A stretch of DNA of 64,000 nucleotides from assembly GCA_964187785.1 (NCBI GenBank), contig OZ076409.1, positions 67,830,001 through 67,894,000 of the forward strand, given 5' to 3'. Of the stretch, positions 12,901 through 24,448 are shown one piece after another; positions within the stretch are counted from its first letter, which is position 1, and each line of letters opens with the position of its first letter. The stretch is from Amphiscolops sp. MND2022 (taxonomy: Eukaryota). The translations under genes and the position numbers were made by a program. The notes below the pieces were generated by a model that was not told the origin of the DNA, ran no database searches, and saw nothing but the letters and a program-made list of their open reading frames with translations.

Positions 12901-13864
12901 ATCGTCCAACACGCCACGTCAATGAAGCCGTCGCCCGTTTTTCCCACGTTCATATGGATATTGTAGGACCACTATCTGCCATCAACAATTCACCAACCCG
13001 ATACCTCGTTACCTTCATCGACCGCAGCACAATTGGGATTGAAGCCCACCCAGTACATTCCATCCGTTGTTCTTTTCGGATTGAGGTCAAAACCGGACAG
13101 CAGTCTCATATAAGCGTTAGCAGCCACAGAAGGGCTAGATGTACGTACTATACCTGACAACAGTAGCAGAAAAGACAGCACCCATCACTCTCGCCTTCGT
13201 CAAAACACTTCAGGACAACCTCGAACATCTAGCTTTCACAAAAGATATCAGACAGAATTCAACACAAAAGACCTTCATCCCACGTGCACTCGACAACTGT
13301 AAAGTCGTTTAGTTGCGCGTCGACTGAGTAAAGCAACCCTTGGAAGCACCTTACACTGGACCGCACGAGCTCATCGAACTCAACAAAGATTCATCTACAG
13401 CAACAATCAAGAAAAACAACGATCATATCATTGTCAGCATTCAACGCCTCAAACCATGCACAAAATCATTTGGTCACGGAGAAGATAAACCATCATCACC
13501 TGCAGTCACCCACAGTACCCACAGGAGTTTATTGATATTGCCAACAACCGTACAACAGGGACTTGCATGGGTCATTTTGACTACGTATCACTCAGAAAAC
13601 ATCCACTATCAACATGGTGTTGTCCAAGCTGCAGAACGTCAACAACTAAAAGAGTAACAACCCTAGAACCTGCAGATACAGAACCGAATCACTGCAGATG
13701 CCGATGACACGAGAAACCTTAAACCTTTTCAACTTTTCTTCGTTAAAACTTTTTTTGTTAAAATTTCTTTGTAATATATAATATAAAAATCGCAGTTGTA
13801 AGCTAGTGTAAACTGATGATCACACACCCTTACATGTGGACTCCCTCTTGGAGGAAGGAAGCCG
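9913..13864 (+). mobile_element. Degenerate Ty3/gypsy LTR retrotransposon, CsRn1-lineage-like (gag, RT, RNase H, integrase remnants), inside the last intron of the upstream TRPM paralog
   Basis: tRNA-Trp-type PBS remnant tgaccccgacgtgat (9913-9927). Gag PPFYRTIPTVWFRQIASQF...DTTKY and CX2HX9CX3C motif CRFHLFFAYSAKRCKTWC (10881-10934). RT KTAITTPFGLFEFLHMPFGLKNA...FAYADDIL, RNase H TTDASDTAVGAAL, integrase FSHVHMDIVGPL and PYTGP. PPT ggaggaaggaag (~13850-13861). Many stops and frameshifts; paired LTRs not recognisable. Confidence 0.9.
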
Positions 13865-14224
13865 TGTTGAGACATTTCAATAATAATAAGAATACATCGA
13901 AAAACATATTAGTTTTGTAAAATGATATCAAATGAAATTTTCAATTTTTAATTTTTCTCAGTACATATAGAAGCCCAATTTTTTGTTGAAAATTGCTTAT
14001 TTTTGCACTGCTAAAGAATTCAATGCGTGTATATAAAACATGCGACAAAACGAGGTTCCAACAATCTCGACGTTCAAATATTCAATGATTCTAGCTGTCT
14101 TTTTAAATGAAAAAGTTTATTCCAATTTTTTCAAAGTCAGATTTCATCTCTCAGACGAAATTATTTTCTGGACGTTTCTAAGGTCAAAAGAAACCCAACC
14201 TTGTGCGTTCTCTAATTTTTTCAG

Positions 14225-14460
14225 ACGTCGTCGAATCCTACAACGATAGAAACGTACGAGGCGGCAACAACGTGAACTACAAAAACACCGCTGATCAAAA
14301 AACGTGTTGCCTTGAAGAACAGTTGCAGGAAATGCGGCAAGGCATCTCACAAATGGACGATAGAGTGCGACGAACGGAAAACATGATGAGAATGCTGCTG
14401 CAATCTCTAGCGAACTCTTCTTTACCTCTTGATGTTGAAGATTTCGAATTGGAAAGATAA
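14225..14460 (+). CDS. Terminal coding exon of the upstream TRPM-like paralog
   Basis: ttttttcag| acceptor, phase 1 (G|AC=Asp when joined to 704), ends in TAA. LEEQLQEMRQGISQMDDRVRRTENMMRMLLQS aligns with LERQLDKLFQTMAQMDKRMQRTEDMMRTFLQS in the last exon of the 36712-52660 gene. Confidence 0.8.
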
Positions 14461-15760
14461 AGCTCTGCTTTCAACATCGTCAAGCTGATCTCATCTAGGC
14501 GCTGAATGATAAACTTTTGTCTAGATCTTTTATACTAATATTTCAACAAAACTACCATATAGTTGCGAAAAATGCAATCCTTCAAGATCTTGCAAGAAAT
14601 TTCACCTTCCTTGGATTCCTTGAAAACATCTTGCAGAACATTGCTTGAAATGCAAGATTTGAAAAATATAATAGAAAAAGCTTACAAGGAATTGATGTCC
14701 TAGGAACATTTTGCACGGAAGGTGTTTCTCTGAAACATTTTTCTCAACCGGTGATTTCAGAGTGGTTCTGATTGCTTCTGGGACTTTATATGAATATGTA
14801 ACAGCTGCATGAAAAGTAATCTGATTATGACATTTATAGTGCTTGGATTGCTTAACCTCTGCAAATAAAATCTTGATTTTAGTTACTGCAAGAAGCGCAG
14901 TGGCACTGCGATATTTTCCTCAAATTCCGCTAATTTGGCAACCAAAAATATTAAAACACATCCATGCCTAAACATCTCAAAACATGAAAACGTCACAGAG
15001 CGTCGAAAAATCAGAAGGTGAACTCTAAAAGCTAGAGAAACGCATTTTGCTAACTGAGGAAATGCGAGAGACAGCTAAAGTTGATGCCTCACTTAAGTCT
15101 CGAACAGAGCAAAGTTTTTTGAATATGCTCAACAAAAAATACTGAAAGACTTCATCAAAGACACAACAGAAAAAAAACAGAGATCACATTTGAGGTTCGT
15201 GAAACAGTTTTCCTTAACTGAGAACCCTCTGAAATCGGTAAACGTTTTGTTCTTGCACAACGCCGGAAAAAAACCAAAGGATGGGCTCCTTTGAACTTCC
15301 CCTCAAAGATTGCAAAATGGCCCTGCGCAAGATTCGAACCCAAGTAAATTTATTTGTTTTGCTGGCCCCATCACCAGGCAGAAAACTGTCGTTAATTTCT
15401 AGGCTATGCTGACTTACGTTGCTTTCATCCGGCATTTGATAGCTAAACAAATCTGCTGTAAGATATACCCCAGCGAAACGTAAGATTTTTCGTTTCTTGA
15501 GAAAACGGTAAATAACTGTACCAAATGAAAGAAAAATCTCTCGTTTAGAACTGATTGAAGATGAAAGGAGACTCTAAGCTCAGTGACGAGTATTTCAAGA
15601 GATTTCTTCACAGAACTAGATATTTTGACATAAAATTGAAGGCAGAACAAGAAACTTCCAAGCACTTTGAGTAATAGGTTTCCTTGTTAAACAAGTCTAG
15701 ACATTTTATCTGACTTCTGTCATGGGGCCTATGAATGCATTCGTCGGTGAGTGAAAATTG

Positions 15761-16950
15761 TTATTTTCCGCCCATGTTCCATATGGGAAAGGTAAATATT
15801 TAAATAAAACGTTTCTCTTACAAACTTTACTATGTTCCAAATTAAAAAGTATATGTAGAGATGTTTGGACTTTTTTGGATATGACCAAAATGACCCCAGA
15901 ATGACGCCAAAACTAATAAAATATCCAAAATTTCCAAATTTTTCATCGTTTTCATTCATTTTTTTGTCAAATTTTCGATTGACTACGTGAACTAAAATGT
16001 TGAAAACGTTCAACAAGAAACAATTGTTATCCAGTAGGCCTTTCGGAAGAGATAGATGTGCAGTTTACTAATTGAAAAGTATCTCAAATTGGTACCGAAA
16101 ATGACAAAAAGTCCAATGTTATCTGATTTTCATACTTGTTCACGAAATTTTTGTCAAAGTTTCGGCACACTTCGTGGATAAGAATGTTGAAAAAGGTCAA
16201 CAAGGAAAACAAGGAGAAAATTTGTTGTCCAGTAGGCCTAGTAAAGAGATAAATACAAATTTTTGAATTAAAAATATCTCGATATGAGACGGAAAAGGAC
16301 AAAAATTCCAAAAAATTCCGATTTTCACATTTTTTTCAAATTTTTGCAAAGCTTCGAGAGACATCGTGGATTAAAGTGGTAAAACTGTTGAACAAGAGAC
16401 GAAATCGTTGTCCAGTAGTCTTTTGTCAAAGAATAAACAGAGTTTGACCCAAAAATGACTCAAATCGACCAAGAAAATGTCGGGAAAACAGAGAAAATCA
16501 AGTTTTTGTCGTTTTGCATGCAATTTCTGTACAATTTCCGAGAGATCGCATATGTTAGAAATTTTAAAGAACTGCAACATGAAATAACTAGTTGTGCAGC
16601 ACGCTTTTTGAAGAAAATGTTGCAACGTTCCGCTTCAAAAACACTTCGGAATGACTCCGATTGAAACAAAATTCCAAAAAAATCAGCATCTTCGCGTTTT
16701 TACGCAACTTATGTGTTCTTTATGAAATGATTTGAAGTCAGAATGTTTAAAACGTTCAATAGCGATTGAGCGCGTTATCCAAAAGGCTTTTTCGAAGACA
16801 TAAAGGCAGACTTCTACTGACTGCCGAAAGTCAAAGAATTTCTGACGATTTTTGAATATTTCAGTGATTTTTATTTTAGAATAGAAAATTTGAAGAAAAA
16901 ATGTTGGAGAAAAACAGATAAACTAACAAGGTTCGCAGCACGCTTTGAAA
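15761..16950. repeat. AT-rich degenerate repeat with ~170-190-bp internal units
   Basis: cgtg(g/a)a..aaa.tgttgaaaa.g.tcaacaag...ttgt(t/c)..ccagtag recurs at ~15985, ~16172 and ~16365. It starts ttattttccgccc like the 36448 repeat family. Confidence 0.4.
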
Positions 16951-18082
16951 GAGAATTATGTACTTTCTATGATAGAAAATACAAAAAAACATTCAAAGGA
17001 AAATTACCAGTCTGGAAAATTGTGGTTTGATACGACTACACCGGGAGTTCGAAAAATAGTTCAGACTGAATTTGCCCAGTAAAGCACTAGAACGACTGTT
17101 GGAATAGCATTTGGACATTTCCGACAAGTTTAGAGATTCTTCTGAAGTCTAGTGGCAGTTTTCTTCAAGAAACGTTCCCGTACGATATGATGAATATTGA
17201 TTTTATTCCATAGTTCCATAAAAACTAAGAACAGTCTAGTGAAATAAATACTTCATAACTTCTCAGCAAGTATTTTAAAATCATATTAGTTGTTCAAGCA
17301 AATATATTGATTTTCTTAAAGTTTCGATTTCAGGGTCTATGCATTTTTCACCTAGAATTTGAGAACTAAATCTGGTAACTCTGATTGTACGGTAGCCATA
17401 TGATCTTTCAATTTTTCTACATGAACAGATGAAGTGCTCGTCAAAAAACAAGTCTTCGCGATTGTATAGTGACAGAGGTAATCAGTGTTTGTTCTCTGAT
17501 GGGTATAATGTAACATCCACCAACCTTGTGGCAGAACACCTTCCAGAAATTTACCAAAAGTTCGAAGTACCGCACAAAACGAAAATGGCCGATTGGCAGG
17601 TGCTTGAAACTAGTCTGGAAGACAAATAAGCAAAAAAGCACCCACCAGCCACGGAAGAGACAATTAACAACCCGAGCAAACCCTAAAGAGTCCGACAGTG
17701 ATGACGGCAACAGAAATGGCAAATCACTCTATTACGCCAAAAACCCAAAATCTGCAGTGTCTGCTATATCGGGTATGCTGTATCACGCAACTCAAAGTCT
17801 CGGTGAGACTTTAACTCCATTTTTTATGGCTGCAATTTTAGTCAACAGTGCATTATTTCAGGTATTCGGCAATATTAGATCCTGTATTTTTGATATATTT
17901 GACGAATAAAATGTATTTCAGCTAATTGCTTTTTGGACCTCGGGAGTATGTAGGAAGTCGCGGAAATATTAGGATTACGTGCTTGTGGGACGGGCCCAGA
18001 CTTTGAGAATGCCGGCACGTCGTCTCGAAGCTCTAAATGAGGAGTCTCCTCGACGTTAGAAAAATCCCCCTAGGAGACAACT

Positions 18083-20032
18083 TGTGGAATTTTTAGATTT
18101 TGGCGTTTTAGAAAGATCCCATCATTTTTGCGCGAAGTACATACGGTAGGCAGAACTATGTTAATCATGTTTTAGACCGCCGGAGTAGTGAAAACAGCTG
18201 AACAGGCTGACAATAGCATTCTTCGATATGGCTTACTTGGCAAACTAGGTATTTACTTAGTAAACGATAGTTCTTCGGTAGAATTTAAAGTTAGTGAGTG
18301 ACGTCAGCAATGAAATGACTCGAATCGGCTGCGTCAGAGTCAATCTCTCAGAGCGAATTTTACTAAGTCCCACTTAAGAGCAAAAATATTCTAAGACACG
18401 ATATTTGGAAACCGAGGGGGACCAAATCGAAAAACCCCCCAGTCAGGTTTTTCTCAAAGACTATTTATCGTAGAGACCTGAAATTTGGCACACGTATACC
18501 TGAGCTGTTATGCTACTGATCTATAAAAACGGAACCGAGCCGAGACCCCCCAGTCCCGGGCTATTAGCACCGGAAGCGACCTATGTCGACCCCCCTACGA
18601 ATTCGTCGGCGAAGCACGGAATAAGTTGTATTATATATAGAATTGATAGCCCATATGATATTAGGCAGTTTGTGCACATTTTCGGAACCCTACGACGCGT
18701 GTAGGAGGAGCACGGGCCCTATGTAAATAAACCCCGAATGTTATGTAAATAGCCGCCGGATGACCCGAGAATAATGAAACTTACCTAAGATGTTCACCTA
18801 GTAACCCTAAGTAATATAAATGAAAGATACGTTAATCGGTCCACCACGCGCGGAGTAATGTTTGTTTAAGGCACGCGGGACCGGACGCACGGGCCCGACC
18901 GATAAACGATGTTGACTTTGGCTTGTAATATCTCAAACAAACCGGAATGATTAATGTAGTCGATTATTAACGTGAATGAAACCGTATTTATAACCCAGGC
19001 GGGGGTAACCGCCTTAAGTAAACAAACGATACGCACATCATGTAACTCGAAGACCATCGACCCTAGGACGATATAACTTGGCATGTAGCAACTCTGGATG
19101 AGGACGAATAACCTCAAGGTCACTGATGGATCTCAAGGTCATTGTGGATGCAACCCATGAAAATATAGAGAAACTTACGATAAAACATGTAAATCAGCGC
19201 CGTTTGCGTGATAATTTATGCATTTCAGTCAGGCGGAACGATTCGCGACGTATTGCACCAGGATGATAGAAAAGTACCCCGTACGCGTAGAGAACATGTA
19301 AACCATGTAGTTGAAGGTCATTAAACGATTGGCTCGATATTGGAAATATCTTGGTTGACTTGAATTATTATTGAAATGTGAACTTTGCACAACCATTGTT
19401 GAACTATTTGTCGTTGGCGGCGAAGAATGTCTGGCCGAAACATAACTAGGGAGCTGCCATGCCATAAAAGGAATGGAACTACATGAAGTTAAAAGCATGC
19501 AAATAAAAGAGCGACATCGGTATAACAAAAATGCGGCCGATGAATAAATATCCCAGGGAGGGAAAAAGAGACCGAATTGACTCAGAAGAACGATTACGAA
19601 GCTAAGAGTAAGTTGAGCCGCGTGCGGGCAAGAAACCTACTCGAGATCGAATTTGACTTAACTGCTTTGTGAGAGCAGCGAATAAGTCACAAGTCCGGGA
19701 CTTGGAAATCTTTGAGTGAATCGTGATTCTGGCACAGTCTTGTCGAGTTATTGTATTTAATTCATTCACCTGCTGTGCTATTGTTATTGCTTGGTTGAGT
19801 AGTTACGTACTGTGGAAATCTTCGACTTGTATTATCCAGATAATTCCTGAATTATAGTATTAATTGCAAGTAACTTTTCTATAGTGTTTTGGAGTCGAAA
19901 CTTGAGCACCGGAGAGACTTTGTGAAAAGAAAACGCGATACGTGGACGAAACTTACTCACTAAAAACTAAACCTTTCTGTTAGAATCGAGCCTTTGGGAT
20001 TTCTCTCCGACCCTCTAGCAAAAATTTCTACA
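18083..20032 (+). repeat. 5' LTR (1950 bp)
   Basis: tgtggaatttt...aaaatttctaca with inverted termini. It differs from the 3' LTR at only about four substitutions and one C indel that I could spot by eye. Confidence 0.95.
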
Positions 20033-20033
20033 G

Positions 20034-20050
20034 TGGCGCTCCTGGGTGGG
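20034..20050 (+). promoter_or_regulatory. Primer-binding site, tRNA-Asn-like
   Basis: tggcgctcctgggtggg lies 1 nt after the LTR. Its reverse complement cccacccaggagcgCCA resembles the 3' end of animal tRNA-Asn (cccacccagggacgCCA). Confidence 0.75.
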
Positions 20051-20232
20051 CAATTTTCGTAGTTCTGTATCGCTGTTATTTTGGAATTGTTTTACTGGGA
20101 CTTAGCTGTAATCCCTTGACGACACGATCAAAACAAGCACATTATCTGATGAGGTTGATCGGCTGAGAACGTTTTCGTACAACAGAACAGAGAGGTTTCT
20201 AGTTACTAGTTGCCTGAAGTAACGCTTTGGGT

Positions 20233-22722
20233 ATGGAAGGCGAACAACGACTGGCAATAATGGAGGCTGTTGCCCAAGGGGTGATACAGGGCCTCAACGG
20301 GAATGAGAATCGGCTGTTTGGCAATGGAGCAATCAGACCTGACAGCTTTCCCTCACAGAACTATCCAGATTGGTCCCAATGGAAAACGCACTTTTACAGA
20401 GTTGGTAGAGCCAACGGATGGACTGAGTTGCAAGGTCTGCAAGCTGTGCCTGTGTGCTTGATTGGGTACGCATTGGACGAGTACAACGCTGCGCCTCGAG
20501 AACTGAGAGAGCAAGTTGATGGGGAAGATGCACCTACGTTAGCTGCCCTATTCAATCACATGGGAAGAGAAATGGGAATGATGCGTAATGACCGTTTGGG
20601 AAAAGCAGAGTTCAGAAACCTTCGACAGCGACCAGAGGAAACTCTGAGAGAATTTGGTCGACGAGTGAGAAACATTGGAAAGATTGCCTACTCGGAGAAG
20701 GACCCCAACACGAGAGACGAGTTGTTTCGGGAGAAGTTTCTCGAGGGTTTGAGCGATGTACAACTGGAAGTTCAGTTGTTGAAAGAAAACCCACAAACAT
20801 TTGGGGATCTAGTGAACAGGGCCGTTGACTTGGAAGTTATTGCTCGAACAACACGTGGCCGTTCACGGAATGAACAAGAGAGGTACGAATTGTTTGGAAG
20901 GCAGCAAGACTCAAGTTGTGAGTTCCGTGGTTATTCGCCCGAACCGTGGAAAGAGGGATTACATCAGCTCACAAGAAGAATGGACCAGATGACACAGATG
21001 ATGATGACGTTTTTGGAAACTATGTCGACAACGGCGAGGCCTGAGAAGCGGGCTGGGGTGACGGACCCATGGAGAGACGATGTCATCCCTGTAGCGAGCG
21101 AGCGGAAGTTCCACGGGGACGGTTGTCTTGTAACTGATAAATGCCCTGTTTGCGAGCATTATGGACATTCTCCCCAACAATGCCCCAAACGGCAGGTGGT
21201 GGTCGAAGACGCTTCTGAGATGCATGGGAAGTTGACAAGGGAGAAAGCCGCACAAATTGTTGAGAGGGCCGGCTTAGCAATAGAAAGAAAGGCGTTGAAC
21301 GCTGTGCGTGTGGTTGACTGTTCTGGTTGTAACAGCGGTGTTTTTGTGAAAGCACGAATTGAGGGGAAAGAGATGGATGTTCTGCTAGATACAGGAGCTG
21401 GCGTGAACGTGGTGGACTTAAGTACGTTGGAATCGCTCAGACTCGATGACGTGGTCGAAGAATTTCGTGGAGAGTTGCGGTCTGTAGACGGTCAACCAGT
21501 GACGACTAAAGGATTAACCCGACTGAATTTGCAGTTGGGACCCTTGAAGGAGCAAGAAGAGTTTGTGGTGGTTCCCCACTGCGAGCCATCAGTTATTCTA
21601 GGCTTGAACTTCCTGAAGAAGCACAAATTTATTGTCCATTTTGGGAAAAACGAACTGTCCACACCCCCGCTATCCTCAGAACCGCTGAAAATGAGGGTAG
21701 TTGCTTCGAGCGAAGACGAGAGCAGGTGTTACCAGCGGAGCACGGACAACAGCCGTGAAAGCGTGGAGACTGAACTCTCACAGTCGGCACCACCCATTCA
21801 GCACTTGAGCGTTCAAGATAGCATGAATCCAAGATGGGACTCCGGAGAGAAACCGCCAGCAGGGCGATGGGACGCAATGATTATTGACTCTGAGGCTGAA
21901 TTCCGCATGGTATCGACGACAGAGACTAAGTACAGGAGTGATGACAGCCGATGCGCCATCGTTACTACCCTGAAACCTCATAAGATGACCCTTTTTGGCG
22001 ATGATGACGTCGACGGAGGACGCGGAAACCTGAAGTACAAAGAGATTGAGGGAGACCTATTTTCGTCCAAAGGTTGTTTGGCTCACTGTGTTTCGGCAGA
22101 TTTCCACATGGGGACCGGAGTTGCCAAGCAAGTCAAAATGAGGTATCCCACTACATATCCGAAGGACGTCAACCACAAGAAACAGCCAGTTTTTGCGCAG
22201 TGGATTGAAGGAGAACATCGCTACGTGTATCACCTGGTCACCAAACAACGATACTTCGAGAAACCGACCTACGAATCCGTGAAAACGTCGCTGCAACAGA
22301 TGAGAACCCACGCGGAGTGGTCTGGGGTCGACAGAATAAGCCTGCCAAGGATTGGCTGCGGTTTGGATCAACTGAATTGGAGTGAAATGAGAAGTCTAAT
22401 TAAAGACGTCTTCAAAGGGAGTGACGTAGCTATTACAGTGTATGTATGCCCTCAGCAGAACCCGACTCCCAATTGCGAGACTGACGTCGAAGAAGTTGGA
22501 AGCAGAAGGGGAGAACGCCCTTCGCCGACACCTTCCAGCTCGGGGTACATTGACGACTGGTTCGACAGGAACCAACAATGGGAACTGGGAAAGTTCAAGG
22601 AGCAAGGGTTGCGGTCTCTCCGACACGAGAGGAGCGAGAATGCAGGATTGTGGTCAGTCAAGCGCGGAGCGGCCCAGCCAGATGTCACTGCACCGTACAA
22701 ACGTGAGAAGATGATGGCTTAA
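20233..22722 (+). CDS. Retrotransposon polyprotein: Gag capsid + CCHC zinc knuckle + aspartic protease + TARG1/OARD1 (Poa1p-like) macrodomain, 829 aa from the first ATG
   Basis: Uninterrupted ORF. Capsid-like WSQWKTHF...ANGW and LRQRPEETLREF; CPVCEHYGHSPQQC (21142-21183); LLDTGA protease active site (Asp at 21388) with ILGLNFL. Macrodomain GDLF...LAHCVSADFHMGTGVA...YHLVTK...KPTYE...SLPRIGCGLDQLNW...ITVY (22030-22443). Confidence 0.93.
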   Translation: MEGEQRLAIMEAVAQGVIQGLNGNENRLFGNGAIRPDSFPSQNYPDWSQWKTHFYRVGRANGWTELQGLQAVPVCLIGYALDEYNAAPRELREQVDGEDAPTLAALFNHMGREMGMMRNDRLGKAEFRNLRQRPEETLREFGRRVRNIGKIAYSEKDPNTRDELFREKFLEGLSDVQLEVQLLKENPQTFGDLVNRAVDLEVIARTTRGRSRNEQERYELFGRQQDSSCEFRGYSPEPWKEGLHQLTRRMDQMTQMMMTFLETMSTTARPEKRAGVTDPWRDDVIPVASERKFHGDGCLVTDKCPVCEHYGHSPQQCPKRQVVVEDASEMHGKLTREKAAQIVERAGLAIERKALNAVRVVDCSGCNSGVFVKARIEGKEMDVLLDTGAGVNVVDLSTLESLRLDDVVEEFRGELRSVDGQPVTTKGLTRLNLQLGPLKEQEEFVVVPHCEPSVILGLNFLKKHKFIVHFGKNELSTPPLSSEPLKMRVVASSEDESRCYQRSTDNSRESVETELSQSAPPIQHLSVQDSMNPRWDSGEKPPAGRWDAMIIDSEAEFRMVSTTETKYRSDDSRCAIVTTLKPHKMTLFGDDDVDGGRGNLKYKEIEGDLFSSKGCLAHCVSADFHMGTGVAKQVKMRYPTTYPKDVNHKKQPVFAQWIEGEHRYVYHLVTKQRYFEKPTYESVKTSLQQMRTHAEWSGVDRISLPRIGCGLDQLNWSEMRSLIKDVFKGSDVAITVYVCPQQNPTPNCETDVEEVGSRRGERPSPTPSSSGYIDDWFDRNQQWELGKFKEQGLRSLRHERSENAGLWSVKRGAAQPDVTAPYKREKMMA

Positions 22723-23779
22723 ACAACAACTATCACTTCGGAAGATTGACTTGTCTTTGATTAGATATATTTGACCCGAGACTTCGATTCGGCTTGATGT
22801 CTTTATGACCCATAGTGAAACTTTCCTTAGTCTCACGTTTTTTTTTGTTTTTGTTTTTTTTTTTTAAATATAAATCAGGTAACGCCCCACCCGTGAACAC
22901 CTGAATCCCCTTTGACGTTGTTTCGAAGCGAGCAGAAGGGAAGAAAGAATTTTGAATTAGCAGTGCTAGATATTAGAATTTTGGGAATTACAAAAAAATG
23001 GCGCCTCGAAACAATGTCACTCCCCCCAATGCTCAAGGCAGGTTCTTGCGTATAATTTTCACGACCCAACGCGACCCGCCCCTGAGGTTTCCCCCTTACA
23101 AAGAAAATATGCCTCCTTGTTGAATTGTGACCCAGCCCTTTGTTTTACTCGATCTGAGACAAACTCTTCCATCAAAGCGCTGTTTCGCCTTGACAATTTT
23201 TTTTCAAATTATTTCCGCCTAACCAACCCCCCTGACACTACTACCCCGATGTTACGACGCGGTGCTAAACCGTCGTTTGTATCTGGCGAAGAATCGTAGT
23301 ACCCCCAGACTTGCTTTGATACATAGTTTTGTGCAGTACTTTTTTCTGTTATATACTTTGATCCCTGCAACCTTCTCTTTAAGGGCGCCTAGAAGACACA
23401 ACTGAACCCTGAATTGTACTCGTTTCGTACGCAATAAAGGGACCTGCTCAAGTTAGGAGAGCTATGAATACTGTATTCCTATTTTAATGAAGGGAGTCAA
23501 TGATGACGGATGATGACTTTGAATAAAATTAAATTGATCGTTACCCGCGCCAGCTTGGTGGGTTATAGATAGTCCGAAAGTTTTCCTGGCCAATAAAAGG
23601 TGGCACTTCAACATGATAGAATGGATGTACAAATTAGCAGTACCGAAATTCCGAGCTCGCGAAAGTTGACTTGTTCACAGAGTAAATTTGCGGAGTAAAC
23701 AAAGACTTCAACGGCGAAAGATCCGCATTAGATAAATTTTGTTCTTTGGTGAGCGGCAGCAAATCTATACAATTTACGA

Positions 23780-24073
23780 ATGACTTATATTGGGCTTTAC
23801 TGGTCCTGGGACTGCGAGGATTTCGACGAGGTAGTTTTTGTTGAGCGGATTTTTTTTGATTACGGGGAAGAACCAATGGTCGCCCGAATTCACTGTTCTA
23901 ACCGACCCAGAATAAGGAACGTGGAAGTCGCGCCGGGCACCAGAAGGTGGGCCACGTTACTGGAGATGCTCAGAGAAATTTTCGCCGGTGCGTGGAATTT
24001 CCATCCTGTAGATCGGGAGAGGGTCAGAGTGTTAATTGATTTCATGGTAGGATCGAGGAAGTCGCGGGGATAA
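23780..24073 (+). CDS. Putative small accessory ORF (97 aa) in the 3' internal region of the LTR element
   Basis: ATG-initiated, sense to the element, protein-like composition; no recognisable domain. Confidence 0.3.
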   Translation: MTYIGLYWSWDCEDFDEVVFVERIFFDYGEEPMVARIHCSNRPRIRNVEVAPGTRRWATLLEMLREIFAGAWNFHPVDRERVRVLIDFMVGSRKSRG

Positions 24074-24436
24074 CTCATAAATTCATAACTTAAACAATTT
24101 TTCAATTTAACCCACGTCGTTATATTATAAACCTAAACTAGATTTACTGGCTCGGTTGCCCACCCCAAAAATTACTTTGATGATTTATTTTAATTGAGAC
24201 TTCGGTGTTTTGCTGATTATATGATGTTTAAATCGCCTAATTTATTGCTGTTGTTTGATGTTATACTAGTTCTCGAATACTGTACATATTATCAACGATC
24301 GGTGTTATTTTTTTTATCCGGAAATCATTTTGACCAATCCCGAACCCTACCCCCATATTTATGTTCATGTTCAACCTAGAACCCACGATTCAGCCAACGC
24401 TAATATCGCTAAGTTTATTCGGGAGAATAAAAGTGC

Positions 24437-24448
24437 AGAAGGGAAGAG
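24437..24448 (+). promoter_or_regulatory. Polypurine tract
   Basis: agaagggaagag immediately before the 3' LTR TG. Confidence 0.85.

Noticed and set aside
13865..14100. 3' LTR of the CsRn1-like element
   Set aside because: TG follows the PPT, but I could not find a matching copy upstream of the PBS at 9913.
17429..18082. Possible pseudogene exons interrupted by the LTR insertion
   Set aside because: Some splice-like signals exist, but the frames contain stops and nothing recognisable is encoded.
18510..19528. Short ORFs duplicated at 24877-25895 (and 28225/36020) as duplicated genes
   Set aside because: They lie within LTRs, so the duplication reflects LTR identity; no domain evidence.
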